From Vairimorpha necatrix (taxonomy: Eukaryota), in assembly GCA_036630325.1 (NCBI GenBank), contig CP142735.1, forward strand, positions 248,001 to 312,000: a stretch of 64,000 nt of DNA, read 5' to 3'. Below, one piece after another: positions 1 through 13,530 of this stretch; position 1 is the first letter of the stretch, and each line of letters opens with the position of its first letter. Under the pieces are notes generated by a model. It was given only the letters and a program-made list of their open reading frames with translations, ran no database searches and had not been told where the DNA came from. Position numbers and translations under genes: made by a program.

Positions 1-2413
1 TCCGTATAGTTTGATGGTCCTAATATATATTCAATATCAAAATCATATTCTTGTAGTAGTAATGACCATCTAGCCAACCTAGCTTTTACATTTCTAGACT
101 TAAACAAGTATTTCAAAGCCTGATGATCCGTTTTTAGTGTAAATTTCCCTAATAATAAATATTCTCTGAATTTTTAAATCGACTTTATAACTGCTAGCAA
201 TTCTTGCTCAGTAGTAGAATAGTTTTTTTCTGTCTTGGAGTGTAAAGAGCTGTAATAAGAAATAATCTTGTCTTTCCCGTCACACATTTGTGCCAATGTG
301 GCCCCGCATCCCTCATTCGATGCATCTGTGGTCAAAATAAATTTATCTTTTAAATTTGGTATCGTCAATAAGGCCGTTTTCTTCATTGCCTGTTTTACCT
401 CTTCTATTGCCTCGCAGTATTTTTTATCATTCTCTGCATTTTTCCAGAAGTTATCCGCTTCCTCATTCTTGAGTCTTATTATGTCAAATAGTGGGTTAAC
501 CACCCTGTGACTGTTTTTTATGAATTTAGCACAATAATTATACAGTCCCAACAAAGATTGTAATTTCTTCTTACTTTTAGAAACTGGAAATTCTTGAATG
601 CTTTTAACTCTTTCTACATCCACACTTATTCCCTCCTTTGATATAACATGACCTAAAATTTTTAAGTGGGTCTTATTAAATTCACACTTCTTTTTATTAA
701 GTTTTAGTCCTACTGACTTGAGCTTTTCTAATACCCTTTTAACATCTCTTCTATGATCTTCTTCCGTTTTACTATAAATTAGTATATCGTCCATATATAC
801 TACAACAAATTTAAATAAGAATTCTTTTAAGATATTATTCATCACGCGCTGAAATGTCGCAGGTCCATTGACAAGCCCAAATGGCATTTTCGTAAATTCG
901 AATAACCCTTCTCTACAAGCGAAGGCTGTCTTTTCTATATCACAAGGCGCCATATCAATTTGATGATATCCCCATTCTGCGTCCAATTTTGTGAAGTAAG
1001 TAGCGCCCTCTAATGCATTAATAAATTCTTCTACTCGTGGCATTGGGTATGCGTCCTTAATCGTTGCATCATTAAATCTTCTATAGTCCACACATAACCT
1101 GTGATCTCCATTCTTTTTGGGAACAATTATTATCGGACTTCTCCATGCACTTTCACTTGGTCTTATGATTCCCAAGCTCAGGTATTCTTTTACTATTTTA
1201 GAGGCTATGTCCTCTTTTGCGCCACCTAACTTGTATAACTGTGTAAGTATTGGTCTATCATCTTTTGTGATGATCTTGTGGTAACCTATGGCTTTACCCT
1301 TTGCCATTAACCCAGATTCAAGTTCCATTCTATTATCCCCAAATCTTAAATTTATTTTGTATTTATCCAGTAACGCATGTCCAATGATACATGGAATTGT
1401 AATATCTCTTGTTGTAATAAAATTATCTTCAAAAATCATCCCTTCCATTTTAATCTTAGCTACAGTTTCCCCAAAATTTTTATCTTCGATCCGTTTGCTG
1501 CCCTAAGTTGTTGTTTTGAACGATTAACTATGGTTTTATTTGGTAAAAATTCTGGTCTAATCAGATTTAGATCTGCTCCTGTATCAATCAATAACTTGAA
1601 TCTTACTTCAGAATTATTCACTGAGGCTGCTTTAAGCGTTATTCTAGTGTCATTAAATCTTGAAGAGGAATAGTTAAAAATAATTTTATTTAAATCATCT
1701 TCTTTATCTTCCTCTTTTATTTTCTCTATTTCTCTTACATTCTTCCGGAGACCATTAAATCTGCATTGAGCAACTATATGGCCTTTTTGGCCGCAAATAA
1801 AACACCTAATTTTACCCGTCTTCTCCGTTTTCCGATTCTCTTTTGGGTATACCTTCCCCCTAATCGCATCTACCTCCATCGGCCCACTTCGCGCTACTTC
1901 TGTATATCTTGGTACATTTTCGCACTTCACGTTACTCAAAGCTCTGTAGATGTACTCCCATGATAAAGAATCCTTGTTGTTCATTAACACAATATTTGCT
2001 AAGTCATTTTGTAATCCTTTTAATGCAAATGCTATCAAAACACTCTCCGGGACATTGCCTTTTCGTGCCAATCCCGCCATCTTATCCAGATAATTTAATA
2101 AAGAACCCCCATTATATCTTAACAAAGAAAGTTTATCAATGGATATTTTCAGTTGTATATTACTTAAAAATCTTCCTTTAAATCCTTCAATCAATTTATC
2201 AAGCCCAAGTCCCATTGGCTAGGAATTAATCCAGTCTCTTGCTTCTTCTTTTAGAGACATTTTGAAAAGGAGTATAAGCTTACCCTCACTGTACTCCTGT
2301 AAGCGCCCTACCTCTAGCAAATCCTCCAAGAACTGCTGAGGGTCGTCTTTCTCTTCATTTCTGAAAATGAGAAAGTTTTTGTCCTTGTCGCCAAATTGTT
2401 GGAATGAAAACAT
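1..2413 (-). pseudogene. gag-pol of element A, broken by stops and frameshifts (ORF pieces 2219-2449, 1460-2215, 174-1448)
   Basis: Contiguous Gag-PR-RT-RH motifs across ORF-track pieces. The ATG at 2413 is preceded by CCC. Confidence 0.85.
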
Positions 2414-2549
2414 GGGTTTATTTATTATAAAATATTTAAAGAACAACATGTCAAATATCTCAAAATAAACATTGCCATATTTAACATGTGTTACACTTCC
2501 TACAGATATGTGTCAAATTGGGTTAAACTCTTTGTGTTTTGTAAGGGCA
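1..2549 (-). mobile_element. Ty3/Gypsy LTR retrotransposon A, 5' part; the 3' part runs off the window
   Basis: Gag with CCHC knuckle (CFICGQKGHIVAQC), protease LIDTGA, RT YMDD, RNase H TDAS. The 5' LTR ends at 2397 and is followed by PBS TGGCGACAAG. The outer LTR edge (~2549) is a guess because the partner LTR is not in the window. Confidence 0.85.
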
Positions 2550-3299
2550 TCGAGATTATAACAAAGAGCTCCTGTCTGATAGAATTTTAAGGTAGAGATT
2601 AAAATGAAAATACATTAAAAAGATTATTCTTACAAATTGATGGTTACATTTTATTCCATTATTTCTTTTCATAAAACTTTTTTAGTTCTATTTTTATGGT
2701 TTGATTTTTCTAGATCAGCTCTGAAGATTCTTAGAATTTAATTAAACTTCAATTTATAAGAATTTTTATAAACAAATAAAATAAATTGAAAGAGGATTTT
2801 TTATATAAACTAATTCAATTTTTTTTTACATTCAAAAGTCTTAACTCAAGTATTGATTATCTTGGAAAAATAAATTAAAAAAACAAAAAAAAATTTGATG
2901 CTGTGCTCATATACAAAGTTTTAGAAAAATTATTTAAAATTGAGTTCACAAAAATTCATTTTAGATAATTAGGTACTTATAGCTGTGTAGAGATTACATT
3001 TTAGACACCCGTTTAATAAATAGTCTACGAAGGTCAATCGAGATATCATATTTCTAGTACGTTGATATTTGAATTTTTACACTTTATTCTTTAAAATATC
3101 GCACATCATATATATATATATTATAAAATGGATTATACTAAAAAAAAAAACGGAATTAGTGATATCTTTTTTACACAGATAACTTTCTTTATTCAAAAAC
3201 AAATAATTTTCATAAATAAAACATTAAATGCAGTTTCCAATAAATAAAGTATATAAATAAAGATCTTAAAAACTCAAATTTATAATAAAATAAATAGTA

Positions 3300-4820
3300 A
3301 AATTTATCTAAAGGCTCATTTATTTAATTTTTTGACCAGATTCATTGATATTATTTCCTTCTTATCTTCGTATTTTAACCTTAATCGGTTATTTGATAAA
3401 ATTTCTATTATTTCCCTTGGCTCAAATAAATCGAACAATATTTAAGTTTTTTTTGTTTTCGCATTAGTGTCGAAATCTTTTTTTACAACCTCTAAATCCC
3501 CAATAGAAAAATCATTGATGGAATTATGAACACATTTTCTGTCCATTCGAGTCAAATATTTTTCATTGCTCACTGCATTTCTTCCCGGCATTGTGTTTAC
3601 AGTTGTTTCATCCCCATCAGTGTAATCATCTTCATTCTCCCTTAGACATGTATTGTATCTAAGGCTTCCTTACCATAACTTATGCGGAGACTTCTTTGTA
3701 GCAGAATATACAGCGGTATTAAAGTCATAAACATTTTTATTAATGACCACCACCCAGTTCTTATTGTTATAACCTTTTTCGCAAAGATGTTTTTGCAAGT
3801 AACGATTTAAGGGTTTGATTTAACCTCTTGACTTTGGGGATGACGAGGTCTGCCATGAAAAAGCATAATTTTATTTGTTTACAAAATTCAACTAATGTTT
3901 TATTTTTATACTCTTTGCCGTTGTCGCATTGAAGTATAGCAGGAAAGTAAAACGTTTGAAATTTGTATTCTAACTGTGATACAACTTCAACAGCGGTTTT
4001 AGTTTTAAAGCAGGGATAAAAGCATATTTAAAATACATCTATTGCTGTGAGTATCCAACATAAATATCATTTCATCACTATAAGTCCTCATATCAACAAG
4101 ATCAATAATAAATCTTTCAAAAGGTCTTTTAGCGACGATGTGCTTGAACTTTTCTTTTGTTTAAGAGGTTGTGCTGTCATGCATATATTTGATTCACTGC
4201 AAACCTCCCTTACAAATCACCTAGGCATATTGAAGTATTGTTCTTTAAACTTACCGTAGAGACGGTTCGCGCCATAATGATGCTGCCGATGAAGTCTTTG
4301 GACCTCTATTTTCATGGCCTGGACCATAGTACCTACAAATACTCTTTTGTGCCAGGCCCCCACATCTTTCAAGAAAAGAATGTTATCCACAAGAATAAAA
4401 TTTTAGGATTTCTTCTTTGCCCTATATTTCAAATGTTTGTCATATTCTAGACTAACCTAGTTCCCTTTAAGTATTTGGACAAGTCGATCATACTCAACTT
4501 AATCTTTTACTTCTTTCTTTGAGCTAAAAAAGTAAATTTTTTTAAAATGATGAACCTTTATTATTATATATTCAAAAGTGTTTATGTCAACCAGCTTGTA
4601 CAGTGGTTGTTATGGTCATTCGTCACTTTGAAGGTCATAGATTTGAATTACGTTTTAAAATTTACTTAAGAATCATTAAAAAAAAATTAGTTGAATAAAT
4701 CATAAACAGTTTACATACGTATATACATAGTTGTATAATTACAAATTTAAAATGTTAAAAATTGTAGTTAGTTTAAAAAAAAGTAGAAATAAAATCCGGT
4801 CGCGCACTGGGCGCGCGACA
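3300..4820 (-). mobile_element. Degenerate Ginger2/TDD-like integrase DNA transposon, paralog of 7353-9170
   Basis: Minus-strand relics HGRPRHPQSQ and QCDNGKE, and a terminus reading TGTCGCGCGCCC at 4820. The other TIR was not found and the left edge is approximate. Confidence 0.75.
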
Positions 4821-6376
4821 TTATTAATAGTAAAAGATTTTTTTTTTTACAATCATAATTTGTCTTATTGTATTCATTTATCTAGAAAATAAAGTTTTCT
4901 TTGTTATCTTGTTCATAATGAAAATTTCATGCATGTTATTTTGTAATTTTCAATAAAATATGTCACCATAAAGAATTTCAAAATTTCACTATATTAAACC
5001 TCCTGCCTAGATATTTTTATAAGTTATAAAATCAGAAGTACCCATGTTTTACTCCATCTACCAATTTTGAAGCTTATATTACTATTCAGCCATAGATTAA
5101 AGTCTATAATAAATCTTTATAGACGTTATTTAAATAGTCTAATATTTCAGCTTGATATATTAATGACCCCAGTTAAAAATCAATTTAAATCTCTTTGAAT
5201 ACCTATACAATATATTTTTTTTTCTTTCATAACCTGTTTGATCATTTAAATTTGTTGTGATTATGTTTATAAAACAACGTGAGTTCTATGTGTTTTCATA
5301 TACTTATATAGCCCCGAGAATTGAATTTAACCAATTCTTTGATGGAATGCTTTATTGTTGTACTTAATGCCAAAAATAAGCATGTTTACCAAAAGTAAAA
5401 TATTATTCGGAAGAAACACTATTTATAAGCTCATTTCGAGAATGAACATTTTGCAGAAATATAAAATATATCAAATATGTAATTAACGGCGTTTTGCAAA
5501 ATTGTTTTTTTTATACTTTGCCGTGCAAGTAATATATCTGCGATAAAAGTAACAAATTGAAATTTAATTTATTTATTTTGTCACAAGAATGTTTATATGC
5601 CAATAAAATACTATGTTTTTCGTTGAAACCCGAAAATAATGTAAATTTAGTTTTTTTAATAGTACCAAAATTGAATCTCTAGGTAATCATGAATAAATGC
5701 TAGAAAACTAAATCTATATACGTGCTTAATTATTAAAAATGTAATGGATGTTGTGTTTATATAGCCTTTTTCAATATATTGAATTTGGAGCAAATACATT
5801 AACAAATAAGTTAATTTTGTATATTAAACATAAGAGGCGGGGGAATGTTTGCACATATCATATATTTTTACTATTATATATTATTTGTTCAATTATCATT
5901 GCTATTTATTAGGGTAAGCTTATTATTATGCTAAACAACTTATTAGAATAAAAAATCGTTGTTTGTTTATTTATAACATAGTTTGTTCATTCGATATACT
6001 TTTTTTTCGTTTTTTATATTCTGTTATGCTTATTCAAAATAAACATTTTTATTTTTTAATTATTGTTTATATGCAAAAATTCAACGATATTGTACAAATA
6101 AGTTATAATACAAAAGGTCGATTTGTTCCCATTTATTAACCTAAAATAAAAACTTTAAGACATGAAATATACTATTTCATTTTTTTTTTTTGTATAATTT
6201 GACCATCAACCATCACATTTTGATTTAGCCAAATTCCCCTTCTCAATTTTAGTCACATAAAATATAATAACGTTAATGTATTTTTCATTAAAAATTTCAT
6301 ATATGGTCAGAAATGTAATTTTTTATTATCAAAATACACTCAATTTTATGAGTATGTTTTTAATGTTCATATTTAT

Positions 6377-6838
6377 TTACATAAGAGAAAAATTTGTTGT
6401 AAACGCCCCTAAGCTTTCTTGAATCCTCAAGTAATTCAAATCTGATGGTATCGTAACATCTAAAATTAAAAATACCCTAAGCAGAAAGATATTAATCGTC
6501 AATACAATTTTTAATATAATATTTATAATGAAAAATACCAACAATATTGGTAAAAAAATAAATAAGAAGGGATTGAAAAATATTAATATTAGTATTAAAC
6601 ATGTATATAAGACACTTAAGACGTTACAAATAAATGCCCAGAATACTAGTTTTCTATCAAAATGCTGATAAATTATTATAAAAATTGGAATTTTACACGC
6701 GAAAGCAATTAATGAAATAGCCACAGAAATATAAATTGGTAGAAATGTATAACTTATAAGAACATACGCACTAATTACATCTATAATCGTAACCGAAATA
6801 AATATAATCTTTGATATAGAAAAGGAAGGAATGTACAT
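6377..6838 (-). CDS. Hypothetical multi-pass membrane protein (153 aa), possible host gene
   Basis: Uninterrupted ORF with about 4 hydrophobic segments and no recognisable motif. AT-rich ORFs can look like this by chance. Confidence 0.35.
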   Translation of the reverse strand: MYIPSFSISKIIFISVTIIDVISAYVLISYTFLPIYISVAISLIAFACKIPIFIIIYQHFDRKLVFWAFICNVLSVLYTCLILILIFFNPFLFIFLPILLVFFIINIILKIVLTINIFLLRVFLILDVTIPSDLNYLRIQESLGAFTTNFSLM

Positions 6839-7445
6839 ATTTTATTGAGTATTGTTTTTTTTATATTAATCTCCTTAAATTTAAGGATGATAAAAATCAA
6901 ATAGGACATCAAAATATATATAAAATGATTAACGCTTAAACAACTATTTAGATTAAAAATTATTTTGATAAAAAATGTGGACAGATAATTTTTAATGATA
7001 GAAGATTTTTTTTTTGTAGATATTCCATAATTTCTCTGTACCTTTCAAAGCATGATATTCGTTCATATTTGTAAGATTGAAATAGTCATACTTTTTATAT
7101 ATAAACATAACTGCTTAAGTGTAAAAGTATTTCTGTAGAGTATTTTATGTTTTCCATAGTAACCTTATTGATTCTCAAGATATGTTCTTTACAGATGAAT
7201 TATTTTTCACTTGACCAATCTTTAGATTATTAATTTCATTTGTTCATTGCTTCAATTTTTAAATACTTATTGGTTTACTCAAATCGCATAATTTAGAGCA
7301 GTATTCATATATGTTAAATATGTTAAACAAATCCAAGTTAAGGGGTATTTAATGTCGCGCGCGCGGGGCGCACGTGCGCCCCAGCCCGCACACGGCCCAA
7401 TTCCCGCTTTTTGAGCCATTTTTCATTTTTTTAAGGGAGCTTATG

Positions 7446-7531
7446 AAAAATGGCTCGCGCGGGGATCGAACCCTTCCTCTTAAAATTTGACCAGTTCGTT
7501 TTAGAATTTCTGACCGCTGAGCTAAACTCAG
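7446..7531 (-). ncRNA. tRNA-like / Pol III-type unit inside the Ginger 5' region
   Basis: A-box TAGCTCAGCGG, B-box GGTTCGATCC, tRNA-like 3' end GCGAGCCA, then TTTTT. The cloverleaf stems are poorly paired. Confidence 0.5.
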
Positions 7532-7605
7532 TTATAAAAAAACCTTAAAATATAAATAAGTTAAAAACAACACCATTTTAAAAAATATTTCATAACATCC
7601 CTCAA

Positions 7606-8894
7606 ATGGTCTTACCTGTGAAAAACTCGGAAGAATATAAAAATATTCTAGATATTATTGTAGAAAACAAAGTCGTAAAAGATATTTCGAGGTTTTCTTT
7701 GGCGAGATTAAGGAAAAAGGCTGAACACTTTACAATTGTAGATAATCATCTTTACTTAAGAGGTATCGACAATCTACATTTAAAGGTTTTTGCACAAACG
7801 GATATTTGTGCGATGAAGTTAGAAATGCAAAAACTTTACGTAGATGGGCATTTAGGTCAGAATGCCCTATACCTAAAAAGTAAATGTTTATATTTTTCAA
7901 TCCCAAGGGAATTGATACGTGATGTTGTACGTGAATGTAAAATTTGCGCTCAATGTCAGCCTTTGAAGACAAAGGAAAAATGAAACATATTACAGCAGAA
8001 TTTCCATGGGAACGCCTAATGATAGATCTTATTGATATGAGATCATACAAGGAGTTTAACGATGGGTATTGCTGGATATTATCTATTTTGGATGTATATT
8101 CAAAATTTGCCAGAACATATCCATTAAAAGGTAAGACAGCTGAGTGTGTTATAGAGTGTTTGGAGGATTTATTTGAACATTATGGTGTACCTGGGATCAT
8201 TCAAAGTGATAATGGTAAGGAGTTTAGGAACAAATTGATGTATGATCTTGCATCAAAATATAAAATCCTTCTAATAAACGGGAGACCTAGACATCCACAG
8301 ACACAGGGTCAGGTGGAACGGTTTAACCAAACAATCACAAGGTTATTATCAAAAAAATTAATGGACGAAGAAACATCAGAACGAAGTGAAAGGTGGATTG
8401 ATTGTCTAAAAAAGGTTACTAGTGTTTATAATCAAGCAGTTCATTCTGCGACTTCTTTTACTCCATTTGAGAAAATGTTTAACAGAGCTGGTTACAACAC
8501 AGTAGTTCGTAAAAATTTAGAACCTGAGAATAAAGTGTCTTTAGAGTTAGATAGAGAAATATGTCCTGTGTCTGTTGATAATGAAATCGATTGTGTTAAA
8601 AAGGAAGAAAAATCTAAAGAAGACTGTGTATTTTCGAGTTACCAAAAAAAATACTTTGCACGAATGGATAGACGCGCGGTACACAATTCTATTTATGATT
8701 TTGAAGTAGGTGATACTGTTTTATTGAAAAAAGATTTTGATAATAATAAAAAAACTAAGAAAAAAAAACTTGAATCTTTCTATCATAAAGAGTCTATAGT
8801 AATAGAAATTTTATCTAACAATCGAGTAAAGTTAAATTTAGAAGGAAATGAAGTTATAGTAGATTTAAATTTAATTAAAAAAATAAAAAATTAG
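7606..8894 (+). pseudogene. Ginger transposase (zinc-finger-like region + rve core) with one frameshift in an A-run near 7975-7980
   Basis: GHLGQ...CKIC, IDLID, QSDNGKEF and GRPRHPQTQGQVER motifs split over ORFs 7606-7983 and 7944-8894. Confidence 0.85.
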
Positions 8895-9292
8895 TTTATA
8901 TATTTTTTCAGTACTTTTACTTATAAGGATTCCCGAACCCAACATATTATCTTGAGTTTAAAAAGATTCCAATATAAAAAATATTCCCATGCAAAAAAAA
9001 ACTTCTGTAAATCTAAACAATTTAATTATCTTTTTAAAGTAAAACAAATCTATTATTTTTTATTCCTTAATTTTCCTTCGGAAAAAAAAAATTGTTCTCA
9101 CTGCGCTCGAACCCGGCAAAAACTTCGTTTTTGTGCGGGCTGGGCGCACGTGCGCCCTAGGCGCTTGACATTTAATAATAAAAATTTCAAATAAACAATG
9201 ACATGAGAATGTCACAACAATATTTTAATACACTTTGAAATAATTATTCGACAATTAAGTATGTTTTTATAAGATTGAACAGAAAAATAGTG

Positions 9293-9631
9293 TTCCAGGG
9301 GACAAGCCCAGGTGCATACTGAGACTTGCCCTGCCCAAAAATGAATGTGTTTTGACTGGTCATTAGAGAGACCACTACAATAATTGAGTTATGACAGGGA
9401 AATAGGCAAAGACCTAATTTTGTAATCAGGGGCTAAACCGCCATGTTTGGTCAACTGTACTTTTGTTGTCAAACATGTTAAAACTGTCATTCTCAACAAT
9501 TTAAGCAAAGTCACCCGAGGGGATGAAACTAAGGAAGGAAAAGAAGATGGAAAACTCCACACCACTAAACCACAATAAAAAAATTTTAAATAAAAAGCAT
9601 TTAAAGCAGGCAGGCAGAGGCCAGTCTCACA
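9293..9631 (+). repeat. 5' LTR of element B
   Basis: Direct repeat of 13190-13530. Confidence 0.9.
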
Positions 9632-12600
9632 TTGGCGACAACAACCAAAATTTGAAAACCCACTACGAAGAAGATGCAGTGAAGCACCTAAGAAAATTAC
9701 TAATATCCAATAAATGCAAGTCTTTCAAAGGTAGAAAAAAACGAAAATGCAAAAGAATTCCTAGAACAGTTCATCGATGTGGAATACGAGTGGACTTCTG
9801 AAAAGCTAGTAAAGAGAGCTAAATCACTCTTAAAATTTAAGGCGGAAAAGTGGTTCAATTTCCAAGAGACCACTGGCCTGATAGAATTCTCTGATTTCAA
9901 AAAGAGATTTAAAAAGAAGTACTGCATAGAGCAGAAGACAGAAGAAAAAGATGAAGTGTTCTACTCATTACTAAAGAAGGACCATCTTTCACGACAAAAT
10001 AAGTTATACCTATGATCTAGGGACAAACGCGGAGGGAAACAAATACTTCTGAACAAAGCGATTAAAAAACATAAAATGTTGATACCTGGGTACTTAACTG
10101 ATAAATTACAAGCCCTGGATACATGGGAAGACCTAATTGAATTCGCAGAAGGCGACGAATCGGCAATAAACAGAGAGTTGCGAAAATTTTTATCTTCAAA
10201 AAATATGAATAAAGAAAAAAGATTTAACGACACAAGGAAGGACGTAAAGAAAGATACACAGTCCCCAACAGAAAGAATACTATCGATATCAGCCGCTATA
10301 AAAAAAAACTCTAGGGACTGTAGACTACGCGTAAACCTAACTACAGAGAAGTATGAGTTAGTAGCATTAATAGATACCGAGGCTGGGGTCTCACTTATGA
10401 AGGAAAGCGTAGCGAAGAAACTGGAGCTTAAAATTAAGAGAAATAAAACTTCAGTTAAAGGAATAACAGGTAAAACCAAAACAAGTGGGGACTGCAATGT
10501 CGATATTGAACATAACGGTGAAAAGACGACAAAAATGCCTCCGATGAAGGACATGGAAGAAGACATGATCCTAGGAGTAGTCGAGATAAGAAAATTTAAA
10601 ATAGGCAGCATGATAGATAACTCAGAAAATGAGAGTTATAAAAAAAACAAAAGCAAATTCCAACAATATATACAGAAAAGAAGGAAATATTTTTTAAAGC
10701 TACGGGAAATGGAAGCAATTTAAGTTACGAACAACAGAATACGCTAAAAAATTATCAGAATTAATAAAATTATTTTTACAGATAGTAACACGGATAGATG
10801 CTTAGACATACACCATGCTATCGAAACACAAACACCTCAGTTCATATCACCTGCTAAATATCGGAGATCGCCAGAAGAAAATGAAATAATCAAGGAAGAG
10901 ATCAAAAAGTTTTTGAATATAGGACTAATAGAGGAGTAAGATAGCAATTGTCTATCGCCAGTAGTACTGATCAAGAAAAAGAACGGCGAGATAAGGTTCT
11001 GCATAGACTATAGAAAATTAAATAACAGTACAGCAGGACTACCCAATTCCCAGAGTAGACGAAACAATTGAGGAGCCTTCGAGCGCGAAGTATTTTACAG
11101 CATTGGATTGCGAGTCGGGGTACCACCAAGTCACGGCCAGAGAGAATGATAGATATAAAACGGCATTCTGGACGAGAAATGGAATCTACCAATGGAAGAA
11201 AATGTCCTTCGGGCTTATCAATGCCCCATTCACTTTCCAAAAGATAATGAATAGATATTTTAATAAGTACTTGTATAAGTTCATTATGGTGTTTTAGATG
11301 ATATCCTTATATACTCGATGACAATAGATGAGCATTTAGTTCATATGAGAATTACATTTGAAATAATAAAGAAAATGGGATTTAAGCTAAACAAAGATAA
11401 GTGCGAGATTCTGAAGAAGAAGATAAATTTTTTAGGTTACGACATTGAAGACGGAAAGATGACCATCCCGGTAAAACAAAAAATGAAAGTTATGGCATAG
11501 AGATTCCCAGAGACTAAGACGGAGATGAAGAGTTTTATGGGATTCACACAGTACTTTATCAAGTTTATAAAGAACTATTTGTTAAAAATGACCCCCTATA
11601 CGACACCATTATTGGTGGAAGAACAAAGAAATTTGAATTGAATGCGAACCAAAAAGAGGCCTTTAGACAGGTTCAGCAAGATATTAGCGAAGCTTCGGAA
11701 ATAACACCCAAGCTTCACCAAAAGATTTTTTATATATGCAGATGCATCTAACCAGAATATTGGTTGTGCTCTTTGTCAAGAAGAAGGCGAAACAATGATG
11801 CCTGTAATGTACTTATCAAGAAGTTTAATTTAGCAGAAGTAAACTACATTATACAGATAAAAAGTGTTTGGCCATAATATGGGCCATCAAAAAATTCAAA
11901 GTATATCTAATTAAAGAGTTTACTATACGCACTGATCACCAAGCTCTTAAATGGCTTCAGGGGATAAAAGAAACCACAGGAAGAATAATGAGGTGGATTA
12001 TCACGCCTCAGGAATTTAAGTACACTATTATGTATATAAAAGGTAAAGATAACATAGCAGCAGACGCTCTAAGCAGAATGGTGGCATCGATAACAACTAA
12101 GAAAGAGGATAATGATATTACATAAACAGAATATAACAAGGCTCATTTAGAAGAAATCATTCAACGCAACCATTGTGAAAATGGTCACGGATCAGTCGAG
12201 GCTACTTATATACTAATCCTAAGAGAAGTAAAATGGAAGGAAATGTATGCCGAAATATCCAGATACATTAAATCATGTGACATCTGTATTAGATACAGCA
12301 AAGGTTCAGGGCGACTACAAAAATACAGAATAGCGTTAACAAATCCATTTGACATGGTAGTAAACGATACTGTTGGACCGCTACCAAGAACAATGAATGG
12401 AAATAGGTTTATTGTAGTAGCTACAGATCATACTACAAGATGGGTCATGGCAAGAGCCATAAAGTTGAAAACAGCCGAGAATGTGGCTTTTTATAATTGA
12501 AGAATTTTTTTGCTTTCATGGACCCCCGAAACAGTTATTATCAGACCAAGGTTGTCATTCATATTCAGAATAGTAAAAGCGATATGTGGTATAATGAACA

Positions 12601-13189
12601 CCAAGAAAAACTATACGCCGGCGTACAATCCTAAATGTAACGGTACAACAGAGCGACTTAATCAGACGTTAGTACAAAAATTAGTAAAGCTTGTAAACCA
12701 AAGGTGGAATGAATGGGCCGACTTTTAGCATTTGCATTATATGCGTATAGGATAAGTCCTAGAAAAAGCACAAAGCAATCTCCGTTCGAATTAATTTACG
12801 GAAGGAAACCAAATAGGATGAATGAGGAAGCATGCACTGTCCAACACGAAGAAAATATGCTGATTTTTGAAAGATTAAATTACTTACGAGAAATGATGAA
12901 CGAAGAGGAGAAAGAAATCAGGAAAAAAGATATCGAAGCAGTCGACGCTGGAACAGCAACAGACACCTTAAAGGTTGGCACCTTTGTAAGAAGAAAGAAT
13001 CTACAAGTTTACAGACGTAGTAAATTGGACGAAATGTTTAAGAACATCTACAAAATTGTCAAAAACAAAGGACATGGAAGCTATATGATTGAGGACCTTC
13101 GGGAGAAAACCTCTACAGTAAATGAAAAGCAATAATTCCAATTGAACACTCGGATCCAGATGAATGGATCCCTTTAAAGGTGGGGGAGA

Positions 13190-13530
13190 TGCCAGGGGAC
13201 AAGCCGGGTGCATACTGAGACTTGCCCTGTAAAGGAATGAAGTGTGTTTTGCCAGGTCATCGGAGAGGCCAACACAATAATTGAGATATGACAGGGGATA
13301 GGCAAAGACCTAATTTTGTAATCGGGGCCCAACCCGCCATGTTTGGTCAACTGTACTTTTGTTGTCAAACATGATAAAACTGTCATTCTCAACCATTTAA
13401 GCAAAGTCCCCCCCTGAGAGGATGAAACTAAGGAATGAAAAGGAGATAGAAAACTCCACACCACTAAACCACAATAAAAGTATTTTAAATAAAAAGCATT
13501 TAAAACAGGCAGTGAGAGGCCAGCCTCACA
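13190..13530 (+). repeat. 3' LTR of element B
   Basis: TG...CA, follows the PPT, flanked by TSD TAGTG. Confidence 0.9.

Larger units (their letters stand above)
7353..9170 (+). mobile_element. Ginger2/TDD-like DNA transposon (DDE integrase-type transposase with TIRs)
   Basis: TGT...ACA termini, ~40-bp imperfect GC-rich TIRs (core GGGCGCACGTGCGCCC), TSD TTTAA (7348-7352 / 9171-9175), no RT or LTR. Confidence 0.9.
9293..13530 (+). mobile_element. Ty3/Gypsy element B, full length, old and degenerate
   Basis: LTRs 9293-9631 and 13190-13530 are visibly diverged. TSD TAGTG, PBS TGGCGACAAC at 9633-9642, PPT AAAGGTGGGGGAGA. PR/RT/RH/IN relics carry many stops. Confidence 0.93.

Noticed and set aside
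7446-7531. Functional tRNA gene
   Set aside because: Acceptor, anticodon and T stems do not pair properly, so it is reported only as tRNA-like.
7353-9170. Solo integrase from an LTR element or a Polinton
   Set aside because: It is bounded by its own TGT...ACA TIRs and a 5-bp TSD, with no RT, LTR or polB, which fits Ginger2/TDD.
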